A stretch of DNA of 64,000 nucleotides from Nitrospirae bacterium 13_2_20CM_2_62_8 (GCA_001914955.1 MNDM01000034.1:1-64000); one strand, 5' to 3'. Positions 20,104-30,337 are shown, counted from the first letter of the stretch. The notes: generated by a model from the letters alone, not told the origin. Numbers and translations are program-made.

Positions 20104-20700
20104 ATGAGCATGAGAGGCTTTTGGTTGGGACTCGCTGTTGGAACCATCTCCACTTGCGTACTCGGTCAGTGGGTGTTCTCCGCCGTGAGCAAGGAGACAA
20201 ATCCACCCAAGGGCATATCCCCAGAAATTGTCGCCGATTATATACATAGTGTAATCCAGGCGGATCGAACTTTTTACACGATCGAGATTGTGGAGCGGAT
20301 GCAGACGCGAGGCATTATCTACGCCTCGGAAGATTGGATAGAGAAAGGAGATCTCCCTTTACCCGCCCAATTTGTACTCGAAACGGGGCGGATCGTAGCT
20401 AAACAACCAAATGGGATTCGATTCCGGCTGATCAGCAGTTGGCCGATAAATAAAAGGAATAGCCCAACGACAGAGTTCGAGCGGACCGCGCTTGCGAAGA
20501 TCCTCGTGAATACCGATCGTCCCTATACAGGCGTTACAACCGAGGGCAGGGCTCGCGTCTTCCAAGCACTCTATGCCGATAAAGCCCTGTCTCAGAGGTG
20601 CGCCGATTGTCACAATGTGCACCCCAATAGCCCAAAGAGGGATTTCAAGGCGGGAGACGTAATGGGTGGAATTCTTCTAACGATTCCACTCCCCCAATAG
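20104..20700 (+). CDS. DUF3365 (Tll0287-like) domain protein with a CXXCH haem-binding motif and an N-terminal signal/TM
   Basis: The CADCHN motif lies near the C-terminus and the length matches DUF3365. A GGAGG RBS precedes the ATG at 20104, and the hydrophobic N-terminus is MSMRGFWLGLAVGTISTCVLG. Confidence 0.6.
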   Translation: MSMRGFWLGLAVGTISTCVLGQWVFSAVSKETNPPKGISPEIVADYIHSVIQADRTFYTIEIVERMQTRGIIYASEDWIEKGDLPLPAQFVLETGRIVAKQPNGIRFRLISSWPINKRNSPTTEFERTALAKILVNTDRPYTGVTTEGRARVFQALYADKALSQRCADCHNVHPNSPKRDFKAGDVMGGILLTIPLPQ

Positions 20701-21107
20701 GCAAGGCCAACGACCTTCATCGACGCTGCATGTGGGGTAAGCTGGCTGCAGTCTGAGTAGGCTGGAGGAGGGTCCCGAAAACGGTTCCCTAAACCGCGTC
20801 TCGACTAACGACTCGGTCGGGAATGCAACTCTTTCGATTTGAAACTGTAGCAGTGAGACCAACGACGGGGCAGAGCGGCGGCTGTAGATTGACCCAAAGC
20901 CAATCCCGACGTGGGAGTGGCGAAGACGGAAATAAGGGGATCGAATGGCGGGGAATTGTCCCTGATCGTAAGCTGAGATCAGCCACACAATAGCCATACA
21001 CTCCATAATTCCCCTTCGATCTCTTGACGTTACGGAGCGTCTGCGAATCTGCAAGCCGCCGACTTCAAGATAACTTATTCGGCTCCCTTGGACTGAGCTT
21101 CATGTAC

Positions 21108-21617
21108 TCAATCTGTAACCCAAGAACCTTTAGTTTTCTGTATCCGCCCGATTACCCCGAAGAACTGTCCAACGCATCCATCAAGCGTGTATGGGACCTT
21201 GCATTGCGATCTGATAATAGACCGCTCCTCTCTATTCAAGGATTCAAAATCTGCATCAAGATGCCATGTGGTTTTGTGATCGACAGTATCCTGCATCTCT
21301 AACCAGATATGCTCTTCATCACGGGCGTCAAAATCTGTGGGGAAGTACATGATCTTAGCGTCTACAACAAAATGTTTGCCGAACAACGGGTGCTTAGGAG
21401 CCTCTGTAGGATCGGTGTAGTCCAGAATACAGCAGTGATGTTTTGAGTTGAGAACATCTAAGGCAATAGTTTCATACCGATCCTTGGGGATGCTGCGCAA
21501 AGGGACTGCCTGAAGAGCTGCGTTAAAGTCAGCCACCTCCTCACGACTCTGTCGCGCCCGAATCGGCTCCATTATGCGATTGAAATCTTCCTGGCTCCGC
21601 CTGCATTCTTTGACCAC
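21108..21617 (-). CDS. Hypothetical protein (GTG start)
   Basis: It is a 169-aa ORF in the AT-rich island with a protein-like composition. I recognised no domains. Confidence 0.3.
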   Translation of the reverse strand: MVKECRRSQEDFNRIMEPIRARQSREEVADFNAALQAVPLRSIPKDRYETIALDVLNSKHHCCILDYTDPTEAPKHPLFGKHFVVDAKIMYFPTDFDARDEEHIWLEMQDTVDHKTTWHLDADFESLNREERSIIRSQCKVPYTLDGCVGQFFGVIGRIQKTKGSWVTD

Positions 21618-22069
21618 CTCTGGCTTCAGGCGAGCCCCCTTGTAGAATCGAGTCCGTTGATCGGCTTGAGGATCTGATCACCCCGCAAGTAACGCGACGC
21701 AATAGGCGGTCAGGATAAGTGAGCCTGGAAGGGCGTTGCTGACGTTCAAACCTGCCATAATGCGAATGCCTCCTCGATGAAAAGATGCAACGCTCTTATC
21801 TTTATCGCCGAGGAGAGTCAATCGAAATCAGTCCAATACTGTGGCTAAACTGGGGCAGAACTATCGCGCATGGAGGGGGAATATCGGCACCTGGCCTTTC
21901 ATTCGCGTGGGTTTGGGTCAGGAGGAAAAATGGTGCGATAGCCGTGGACTCTAGATGCACAGTCTGGATTCTGTTTTTTGGGGGGTACCGGGGGGCCGAT
22001 GGGACCCTTCGATGTGATCCTCGATCTTGTTATAGGTGCCTGGTGGGGTATTCTGATCTGCACGAAACG

Positions 22070-22384
22070 CTAGAACCATTGGATGCAAGGCAGGACGAAG
22101 ACATGAAAGGGAACTTGCACCTTGCCCTCTCCATGGAGCTTCCGTTGCAGATTATGAATGTGTTCCCGGAAGCCACTGAGCTGCTCATCTTGAATTCCCG
22201 CAAACAGCATCGTGTTGCTACCGCCCCAGTAAATTGAGCCAGGAGCATGCCCCGTCGCGCCTTTTCCGTGCGCCTTTTCCACAAAAGTAAAGGAGACGCG
22301 TTCTGCCTCCAGCCACTTAAGCACTTCGTCTTCCAGTGATGAGCGAAACGTCATGAAGACCATCTGCATGGTATTTCCCCTCAA
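22070..22384 (-). CDS. Small P-II-like (GlnB-like superfamily, possibly DUF3240) protein downstream of the RND efflux operon
   Basis: The ~100-aa sequence MVFMTFRSSLEDEVLKWLEAERVSFTFVEKAHGKGATGH fits a beta-alpha-beta P-II-like pattern. Proteins of this kind are commonly linked to RND heavy-metal efflux loci. Confidence 0.45.
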   Translation of the reverse strand: MRGNTMQMVFMTFRSSLEDEVLKWLEAERVSFTFVEKAHGKGATGHAPGSIYWGGSNTMLFAGIQDEQLSGFREHIHNLQRKLHGEGKVQVPFHVFVLPCIQWF

Positions 22385-22616
22385 TGGTGCATCTTGATGC
22401 CACGTCCTAAGCCGCTACGATCCCGTGGTGATTTCTGCTTTGCGAGGATCTGATACTTGATCTTATCGTAGGTTGCCTGCGGTATCACCTTCTTCTGCAC
22501 CAACTCGTCCTTCCGCTTGTATGGCCGTCCCGCTCTTTTTCGAGTACGCCTCGCCGATGACGAAGCCGCGAATTGTCCCTTAACCCGATAATCTCGGCTA
22601 TTTTCCGTGAGGACGG

Positions 22617-24230
22617 TTAAGGAACGGCGGGCTTCGTCAGGTCGTTATTCACCCAGTTATTGGGCGCGTTAACGTCGATCCCTCCGGCAGGTGGCGGTTT
22701 GTCCAGATTGACATATTGCAAATTATCGAAGGGCTGGATCTGCTCGTCGGCGGGCAATTGCTTGCGGTTAAAGCCCCCGCCGAGCGCGCGGAGGAGCGCC
22801 ACCGAGGCTCTCAGCAGGTCGACCTTGATCTGCACGAGGTCGGTGCGCGCCATTAGCGTTTGGACCTGCGCGTAAATCAGCTCGAGGCTGGACGCTAGAC
22901 CGCCCTTATAGAGCTCGGATGTCAGGTCTTGCGTCTTGAAGAAGGCTCCGACGGCGGCGGCCTGCCGATCGGCCGCGGCGGTCAGCCAGTTCGTCAAGCT
23001 CAGCCCGTTCTCGACCTCTCGAAACGCGTTGAGCACCGTCGACCGGTACAGGTCTTCCGTTTCGCGATAGGCCGACCAGGACCGCTGCAATTGGGCGCGG
23101 CGATAGCCGCCCTGGAAGACCGGCAGCGAAACGCTGGCGCCATAGGACCAGAATGCGGCGGTCAGCTTGGCGATATCGAAGCCAGCGTCCAGGATTCCTC
23201 CGTCGGCTGCGAACCTTACATTGGGGAAAAAGGCAGCGCGTGCGATCCCGATGGCGCGGTTCGCTTGTGCCATTTTGCGCTCCATCGCGGCGACGTCTGG
23301 TCGCCGCTCCAACAGCGTGGAGGGAATGCTTCGCGGAATCGTGAATTTCGCCATGCGCAGGTCATCGACCGGTTCGATCGTGAAACTGGCCGGAGTCATA
23401 TTGACGAGGATGGCGATCGCTTGTTCCGTCACCTGGCGTTGGCCTTGGATCTGCGCGTATTTTGTCTCCGTGCTGAACAGCAACGATTCGACGCGGGCGA
23501 CATCGAGCGCCGACGCGATCGCGCCGGCGAACTGAGCCTTCACAAGCTTGAGCGAATTCCTATAGAGGTCGATCGATTGTTTGTAGATCGCGCTCTGGGC
23601 GTCGTAGCCGCGCAACGTGAAATAATCCGACGCAATTTCCGCCTGCAGGCTCAAGCGCGCGAGCCCATAGTTGGCGGCACGCTCTTCCGCTCGGTAGGTT
23701 TCCACACGCGTCGCATTGCGGATCGCCGACCAGAAGTCGGGCTCCCAGGAGGCAAGCCCCGCACCGACCCCGACCGGCCCGGTGAGCGCAACATCGCCAG
23801 GAATTCTCAGCGGATCGACATGATTTCGACTGTCCGCGCCTTTTGCGCCCAAGCCGACTTGCGGGATCCGTTGGGAGCGGACCTGCATCATGACATCGCG
23901 AGCCTGTACGAAGCGCTCCGCGGCGGCCTGCAGATCGGGATTGGCCGCCATGGCCTGTTCCTCAAGCTTGTTCAGAACTGGATCGTTAAACAGTTTCCAC
24001 CAATCTGGACGTAGTTCGCCGTCCGACGGCTTCGCCTCGACAAAGGGACTCTCTCCATGCCACGAGGCGGGGACAACATACTGGGGCGGTTCATAAAGCG
24101 GCGACAGATCGACGTGCGGCAACCAGTCGCCGCACCCAGATACGGTCAGCGCGAGCAGGACGGCGTAGAGAGGCGCGTGCCGCCGAAATTGGGACCAGAG
24201 ATAGCGAATCGGCATGATCTCCACAATCAT
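22617..24230 (-). CDS. RND efflux outer-membrane factor lipoprotein, NodT/OprM family
   Basis: Lipobox LALTVSGC, two repeated OMF halves, and a C-terminal region typical of OMF proteins. The stop overlaps the MFP gene by 4 nt. Confidence 0.8.
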   Translation of the reverse strand: MIVEIMPIRYLWSQFRRHAPLYAVLLALTVSGCGDWLPHVDLSPLYEPPQYVVPASWHGESPFVEAKPSDGELRPDWWKLFNDPVLNKLEEQAMAANPDLQAAAERFVQARDVMMQVRSQRIPQVGLGAKGADSRNHVDPLRIPGDVALTGPVGVGAGLASWEPDFWSAIRNATRVETYRAEERAANYGLARLSLQAEIASDYFTLRGYDAQSAIYKQSIDLYRNSLKLVKAQFAGAIASALDVARVESLLFSTETKYAQIQGQRQVTEQAIAILVNMTPASFTIEPVDDLRMAKFTIPRSIPSTLLERRPDVAAMERKMAQANRAIGIARAAFFPNVRFAADGGILDAGFDIAKLTAAFWSYGASVSLPVFQGGYRRAQLQRSWSAYRETEDLYRSTVLNAFREVENGLSLTNWLTAAADRQAAAVGAFFKTQDLTSELYKGGLASSLELIYAQVQTLMARTDLVQIKVDLLRASVALLRALGGGFNRKQLPADEQIQPFDNLQYVNLDKPPPAGGIDVNAPNNWVNNDLTKPAVP

Positions 24231-25606
24231 GGCACCCTGTTGGGAGGCAGCTGGGGCGGCTCTGCCGGATGCGGCGCCCGTGGCGGCTGAGGCGGCTCTT
24301 CCGGCTGCACACCCTGTGGCGGCTGCGGCACCGGCGCAGCCTGTGGCGGGGCCGACTGTACTGGCTGCGGCGACTGCGACATCGCGGGCGCCTGAGGGAG
24401 ATGAGAGACCTGTGCCCGCTGCGGCGACTCCGACGCCGGGGTATTGACGAGATCATAGCCGGGTGCCGGCATGACGACACGCACCCTGTCGCCTTCGAGC
24501 AACGCGGCGCTGGGGTTGTTGACGACGCGGTCGCCCGCGGAAATCCCCTCGGCCACTTCGACAGCGTTGTCCATGAGTTGGCTCACGGTGATCCGTTTCA
24601 AGTGTACTCGGTCGTCCTCCGCCACCACGGCCACTTGCGTACCGTGCTCCTGGAACACCAACGCGGTAGACGGGATCGTGAATGCTTTCTTATCGATCGG
24701 CGCCGTGAGGTGGACCTGGGCGTAGGAGCCGGGCCAGAGCGCTCGGTCCTCGTTGTCGATCGTGAAGACGGTGACCGCGGTACGCGTGCTCACATCGAAT
24801 CCCTTGGCAACGGTCAGGAACTTGCCGGTGAAATGGCGATTGGGCAATTGCGGCACGGTCACGTCGGCCGTCAGGCCTGGCTGCAGGAAGGGCCCGAACG
24901 ACGCCGGCATGCTCACGAAGAGGCGCAGCACATGGACGTCGGCCACCGTAAAGAGGTTGCTTTTTGCATTCGGGGTGCTGAGATTGCCTTCCTTGCTGAC
25001 CAAGTCACCGACGTTGATGTTGCGCTGAGTCACCACGCCGTCAAAGGGGGCGACGATCGTTTTGAACCGAATGAACGCCTCGACGTTCTTGACCTTTTGC
25101 TCCGCTGCGTTGACCACCGCTGCCTGGGCTTTCAGTTCTTGTTCCTTCACCGTGATCGATTGCTCGGAGACCGCGTGATTTGGGCGCAGCGCAATCCAAC
25201 GCTTCGCGGTCACCTCGGCGAGCTTATACCTGGCGCGCTCCGTTTCTAGATCCGCCCTGGCCTGCTGATATTCCGCGTCGAGATCCGGCGCGTTGATTTC
25301 GGCGAGGATGTCGTCTTTCTTGACCAGGTCTCCGTAGTCCTTGTACCACATTTTCACATAGCCCGTGACACGTGCGTACATCGGCGCCTCGTACCAGCCC
25401 ACAATATTGCCGGGGAGCGTAATGGTCTCGGTCGCCGGCACCGGCTTGGGAGAGACGACGGCCACGGTAGGAATGGCACGTTCGAGTGTCTGCTCGCGCA
25501 GCAGAGCGGCATCGCTTCTGCTCTCATGAATCCGATAGCCGAGATAGAGGACGCACAGCAGGATCGCTGAAAGGGCAATGCGTTTTCCATTGAGTGTTTT
25601 CATCAT
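24227..25606 (-). CDS. RND efflux periplasmic adaptor (membrane fusion protein) with a ~80-aa P/Q-rich C-terminal tail
   Basis: N-terminal TM anchor, coiled-coil and beta-barrel MFP domains (VTGYVKMWYKDYGDLVKKDDILAEI...), and a terminal PQPVQSAPPQAAPVPQPPQGVQPEEPPQPP tail. Confidence 0.8.
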   Translation of the reverse strand: MMKTLNGKRIALSAILLCVLYLGYRIHESRSDAALLREQTLERAIPTVAVVSPKPVPATETITLPGNIVGWYEAPMYARVTGYVKMWYKDYGDLVKKDDILAEINAPDLDAEYQQARADLETERARYKLAEVTAKRWIALRPNHAVSEQSITVKEQELKAQAAVVNAAEQKVKNVEAFIRFKTIVAPFDGVVTQRNINVGDLVSKEGNLSTPNAKSNLFTVADVHVLRLFVSMPASFGPFLQPGLTADVTVPQLPNRHFTGKFLTVAKGFDVSTRTAVTVFTIDNEDRALWPGSYAQVHLTAPIDKKAFTIPSTALVFQEHGTQVAVVAEDDRVHLKRITVSQLMDNAVEVAEGISAGDRVVNNPSAALLEGDRVRVVMPAPGYDLVNTPASESPQRAQVSHLPQAPAMSQSPQPVQSAPPQAAPVPQPPQGVQPEEPPQPPRAPHPAEPPQLPPNRVP

Positions 25607-28600
25607 GAGGCCTGTCCCTTTTGCCGAGCGGTTCGCCTATTATAGATGATCGCGTACACGCAGGGCACGAAAAACAGGGTGAAGACGGTGGCGACGAGCA
25701 AGCCGCCGATGACGGCCCGGCCCAGCGGCGCGTTCTGGGAATAGCCCGTCGCCATGGGGACCATCCCGATGATCATGGCCGAGGCGGTCATGAGCACCGG
25801 ACGGAAGCGGGTCGTTCCGGCTTCGATCGCGGCCCGCAGCGCGTCGCCGTGTTCTTTGAGTCGCTCGCGCGCATAGGACACGACGAGGATCGAATTGGCG
25901 GTCCCCGTGCCCATGGTCATGATGGCGCCCGTCAGCGCGGGCTCCGACAAACGCGTATGGGTCAAGAACAAGGCCCACGCGATGCCCGCCAGCGCGCCGG
26001 GCAAGGCCGTAATGATGATGAAAGGATCGAGCCAGGATTGGAAGTTGACGACGATCAGCAGATAGACCAGCACGATCGCGGCAAGCAGTCCGAAGATCAG
26101 CTCGGCATAGGCGTCGTACATCAGTGCGGCCTGGCCATGGATTTCAAGCGCGGCGCTGCGGGGCAGCTCGTGCTCCATGCTCTTGGCGACTTTCTCGACA
26201 TCCGCCAGCACGCCGCCGAGGTCGCGCCCTTCGGCGGACACATAGATGTCGAACAGCGGCATGATGTTCCCGTGCGTGATCACGCCCGGCGTTCCCTCCG
26301 CCGATACGCTGGCCAAATTGCCGAGCAGCTGCACATCATCCTTGTTCGAAGAGTGGTCCGAGGACTCGACCGGGACGGTCTTGAGACTGTTGATGCTGTT
26401 GATCTGCGACTGCGGCGTGTAGACATTGATGAGGTACGACATGCCGGTCTTGGGATCGAGCCAGTAGACCTGGTCGACCTGTTGGCTCCCGGCGGTCGTC
26501 ATGAGCAGATTGTCGGCCATGTCCTTCAGGGTCCTGTTGACACCGAATCCGAACGTGCGGTTGCCTTCGACCATGAGGGTCGGCGTGCGCATCGTCTGTT
26601 GGATCACCACGTCCGCGGCGCCAGGGATCTCGCGGAACTTGCCCGCCAGTTTCCGGGCGAACTCATAGTTGGGGTAGATGTCCGGGCCGTTGACCTGGAC
26701 ATCGATCGGCGCGGGCGCGCCGAAGTTGAGAATCTTTGCGGTCAGATCGGACGGCTGGAATGTGAATTCGGTGCCCGGGTAGCGCTCCCTCAAACCCGTG
26801 CGGAGCATGCGCCGGTACTCCCACACCGGCGACTTTTCATCCTTCAACAGGATCGTCAAATCACAATCCTGCGAGCCGATGGTCGGCGTCGGGATGAAGG
26901 CGAGGTTATGCGGTCCGACCGGCAGGCCGCAATTACTGACGATGTTTTCGACCTGACCGGGCAGCAACTCCTCGATGGAGTCGGAGACCAGCGTGGCAAG
27001 GCGTCCTGACACCTCGATGCGTGTCCCGAGCGGCGCCCGCATATGCATCTGAATGACCCCTGACCTGATCTCGGGAAAATAATCGCGCCCGAGGAAGAAG
27101 AAGAGAGACAGAGAGCCCACCGCGATCGCCAGCGAGATGTTGACGAAGGCGCGGCGACGGGCGATCACCTGTTCGAGCAGGGCATTGTAGCGATCACGGA
27201 ACCGCCCGAAGCGACGTTCGAACCCCTGCTGAAAGCGGACGAAGACGTTCCGCGATGGTCGTTCCGGGCCGGGCTGCCCGTCGTGCTCCTGCGCCTGCGA
27301 CGCGTTGTGACCCACGAGAATATATTTCGCCATGGTCGGCACCAGCGTGAACGACAGGACGAAGGAAGCGAGCACCGCGAAAATCATCGCTTCCGCCATC
27401 GGCATGAATAGCCAGCCGGACACGCCGCTGAGCTCGAAGAGCGGGAACCAGACGATCGCGATGCATAACGTGGCGACGAACGTCGGGATGACGACCTGAT
27501 TGGCGGCGTCGATGATGGCCGTCTCCAGCGGCTTGCCCATTTCAATATGGCGATCGATATTCTCGATCATCACGATCGCGTTATCGACGAGAACACCGAC
27601 GGCCAGCGCCAAGCCGCCCAAGGTCATGAGATTGATCGACTCTCCGAGCAGATGCAGGCCGATGAGTGCGGTCAGGATGGACAGCGGGATCGAGGTCCAC
27701 ACGACGACCGTGGCCCTCCATGAGCCGAGCAGCAACAGGACGATGAGGCCGACCAGCGCACCGGCGGTCAGCATTTCATGCACGACGTCCGAGATCGCAT
27801 CCTTGACGAAGGTCGAGGCGTCGTCGAGGAGTCTGATCTTCACGCCCTCCGGGACGACTTGCTCGATGCGCGGGATCATCTTCTTGACCCCATCCACCAC
27901 CGTCAGGGTCGAGGCCTCGGTGCTCTTCATCACGACGATGATGACGGTCTGTTTGCCTTTCACCAGGACCGCGTTCTGTTGCACCCGGCCCATGAGGCGC
28001 ACCGTCGCGACGTCGCGCAGATAGATGAACGCGTTGTCTTCCCGCTTGATCGGGATATTGGCGAAATCCTCAATCTTCAACGGTGACGCGTTCGTCAGGA
28101 CGATCCAGTCGGTCGGTTTGATCTTGATGTCGCCGGATGGCAGCACGAGGTATTGCTGCATGAAGATATCGTGAATGTCCGCCGGCGTGAGGTGACGGGC
28201 GAGCAATTTCTGCTGATCGAGGTTGACCATGACCTGCATGTCCTGGCCCCCGTAGGGGTGCGGCAGGATCGCCCCGTTGATCGTCACGAGCAGGGGTCGG
28301 ATTCGCATGTAGGCGAGGTTATAGAGCTCTGCGGGCGTCATCGTGTCGGAGCTGACTTCGAGCATGGCCACCGGTATCGAGGATGGTGCAAGACGCATGA
28401 TCATGGGCGGGGAAATATCCGGCGGCAGCGCTTTGACGACCGTCTGCGCAATGGCCGTGATATCCGCTTCGGCCCTGCCCACGTCGACTCCGTCCTGCAG
28501 ATAAATATTGATGATGCTGCTGCCGTAGTAGGAGTGACTGTGGATATACTTGATGCCTTCCACCGTCGCGGTCAAAAAGCGTTCGAACAAATACGTGATG

Positions 28601-28788
28601 CGCCCTTCCACCTGCTGCGGCAGCAGGCCGGCGTAAACCCAGACCACGGAGGTGACGGGAATACCGATATTCGGGAAGACGTCGGTCGGCATGTGGAGCA
28701 CCGTCAGGCTCCCAAACAGCACGATGAGGATGGTCATGACGACGAAGGTGTAGGGCCTGCGCAGTGCAATGAGGACAAGCTGGTTCAT
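25603..28788 (-). CDS. RND efflux transporter permease subunit (AcrB/CzcA superfamily, 1061 aa)
   Basis: Twelve-TM RND topology and the conserved TM4 region LGSWRATVVVWTSIPLSILTALIGLHLLGESINLMTLGGLALAVGVLVDNAIVMIENI. It is the first gene of a pump-adaptor-OMF operon. Confidence 0.85.
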   Translation of the reverse strand: MNQLVLIALRRPYTFVVMTILIVLFGSLTVLHMPTDVFPNIGIPVTSVVWVYAGLLPQQVEGRITYLFERFLTATVEGIKYIHSHSYYGSSIINIYLQDGVDVGRAEADITAIAQTVVKALPPDISPPMIMRLAPSSIPVAMLEVSSDTMTPAELYNLAYMRIRPLLVTINGAILPHPYGGQDMQVMVNLDQQKLLARHLTPADIHDIFMQQYLVLPSGDIKIKPTDWIVLTNASPLKIEDFANIPIKREDNAFIYLRDVATVRLMGRVQQNAVLVKGKQTVIIVVMKSTEASTLTVVDGVKKMIPRIEQVVPEGVKIRLLDDASTFVKDAISDVVHEMLTAGALVGLIVLLLLGSWRATVVVWTSIPLSILTALIGLHLLGESINLMTLGGLALAVGVLVDNAIVMIENIDRHIEMGKPLETAIIDAANQVVIPTFVATLCIAIVWFPLFELSGVSGWLFMPMAEAMIFAVLASFVLSFTLVPTMAKYILVGHNASQAQEHDGQPGPERPSRNVFVRFQQGFERRFGRFRDRYNALLEQVIARRRAFVNISLAIAVGSLSLFFFLGRDYFPEIRSGVIQMHMRAPLGTRIEVSGRLATLVSDSIEELLPGQVENIVSNCGLPVGPHNLAFIPTPTIGSQDCDLTILLKDEKSPVWEYRRMLRTGLRERYPGTEFTFQPSDLTAKILNFGAPAPIDVQVNGPDIYPNYEFARKLAGKFREIPGAADVVIQQTMRTPTLMVEGNRTFGFGVNRTLKDMADNLLMTTAGSQQVDQVYWLDPKTGMSYLINVYTPQSQINSINSLKTVPVESSDHSSNKDDVQLLGNLASVSAEGTPGVITHGNIMPLFDIYVSAEGRDLGGVLADVEKVAKSMEHELPRSAALEIHGQAALMYDAYAELIFGLLAAIVLVYLLIVVNFQSWLDPFIIITALPGALAGIAWALFLTHTRLSEPALTGAIMTMGTGTANSILVVSYARERLKEHGDALRAAIEAGTTRFRPVLMTASAMIIGMVPMATGYSQNAPLGRAVIGGLLVATVFTLFFVPCVYAIIYNRRTARQKGQAS

Positions 28789-29361
28789 GCGCGAAGTCTG
28801 CCCAAAGCGGTTGGAGTTTCTGTCATGTGGACACCGCTTCCCTAACGACCTCTTCGATTTCCGATCAGGGTATCGGCGCCTCTAGAGAATCCCCAGTCTA
28901 AAGTAAAGCGCTCAAGTATAGCAAACGCCTTACCTGTCGTCGTATTCACTCTACATCCGGGTGGGCAATGGAAGGATGTGCGCAATTTATTGGCACAATA
29001 TCGTCGGCAGCTCTCTTTAATGTTTCGAACACCAAAGCATGAAGGATGCGGATTGCGGATTTGCGCACTGAGCGCATTGTGCGGAATCTCACAATTAACC
29101 CAGTCAAATGGCCATTGGGAAAGTAAGAATATAAGAGCACTCTTCAGAAGTTGTTGAATGGACTGATGTGTTTAGGGGCCGTCGAATGAATACTACACTT
29201 GGTATTGATCTTGCTGTTTAATCCACACGGATGAGTATGGGCCGATATCGAGGAACACACAGAGATCACCACTCGGGATCTCGTCGAGAAATCAATTCGG
29301 GCTCATGTAACAATTCTTCTGGTAAGACCCTCTGACGATTAGGGTCAGAAAGTGGAGCACC

Positions 29362-30189
29362 ATGGCGGGAATTCGGAAACTTAGTATGGCGGTAGCTCTG
29401 GTAGGTGGCATCGTAGGTGTCGTTGCAACCGGGGAGCTTGTTCAGGCTGAAACCCTGACGATTGGGGCGGCCCATAGTTTGAAGGCGCCATTCCAGGAAA
29501 TCCTGCCGATGTTCGAGAAAGAATATGGTGCGACGGTACGCGTCGTGTACGGTCCGTCGAAAACGCTTGGCCGGCAAATTGAAAAGGGAGCTCCGATCGA
29601 TGTGTTTCTCTCAGAGGGGGTTGAGGAAGTCGAGAAACTGCAAAAGAAGGGACTGACTCTTAACGGAGGACTTCAGATCTACGCGCAGACCTCTCTCGTG
29701 CTCGTCATCTCAACGGCCTCCCCGGCAACCTCGATCTCCTTTCGCGATGCGCTTCCGAATCGGGCAACCCGCATTGCCCTCGGCGATCCAAAGACGTCCT
29801 CATTGGGAGACATCACGGCCCGGGCGCTCACAAAGCTCGATCCGGCATATAAAAGCCGTTTCCATCTTCTCCACGCGCAACATAGTGATGAAATAGTGAA
29901 TCTGGTTCACACGGGGAAGGCCGATGTGGGCATCGTCTACCGCGTGGATGCGATCAACAACGGGCACGTGCGCATCATTGATGAAACCCCGGCCGGATCG
30001 CATACGACGGTCCAGTTCGGGCATGCGGTGGTGTGGACCTGTCGGAATGCATCCCTTAGTGTCGCGCAAGAGTTTTTCGATTTCATCATGAGTCCCCGTA
30101 TACAAAAACTCCTGCTCAAATACGGATTTGATTCCATGCCATCGAATGGGTCACGGGCTGGGGTCGGACGCAGTGCCGTTGACGAGTGA
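29362..30189 (+). CDS. modA: Molybdate (or tungstate) ABC transporter periplasmic substrate-binding protein ModA; no modBC adjacent
   Basis: Signal peptide, then LTIGAAHSLKAPFQEILPMFEKEYGATVRVVYGPSKTLGRQIEKGAPIDVFLSEG, which is a canonical ModA N-lobe. Confidence 0.8.
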   Translation: MAGIRKLSMAVALVGGIVGVVATGELVQAETLTIGAAHSLKAPFQEILPMFEKEYGATVRVVYGPSKTLGRQIEKGAPIDVFLSEGVEEVEKLQKKGLTLNGGLQIYAQTSLVLVISTASPATSISFRDALPNRATRIALGDPKTSSLGDITARALTKLDPAYKSRFHLLHAQHSDEIVNLVHTGKADVGIVYRVDAINNGHVRIIDETPAGSHTTVQFGHAVVWTCRNASLSVAQEFFDFIMSPRIQKLLLKYGFDSMPSNGSRAGVGRSAVDE

Positions 30190-30196
30190 ATACCTG

Positions 30197-30219
30197 GAAC
30201 AGTTTTTGAGAGAACTGTT
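30197..30219 (+). terminator. Hairpin immediately after the modA stop (weak terminator candidate; no T-tract)
   Basis: ggaacagtt-tttgagag-aactgttgtcc forms a 7-9 bp stem. Confidence 0.25.
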
Positions 30220-30337
30220 GTCCAGTGGTGTCAGCATGTACATCAGGAAGGCGGTGTACACGCTGACCTAGGCCACTGCCGCGCCTCCCTCCGTCTATCA
30301 GGTCATCACGGGATTTCATCGTTCGCACTGAAGAAAC

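Noticed and set aside
22385-22616. Possible ~38-aa ORF (GTG start after AAGGA; ...KVIPQATYDKIKYQILAKQKSPRDRSGLGRGIKMHH) between the OMF gene and the P-II-like gene
   Set aside because: It is open in-frame from within the OMF gene, so openness is not informative. It is very short with no recognisable family. I noted it only as a possible small protein.
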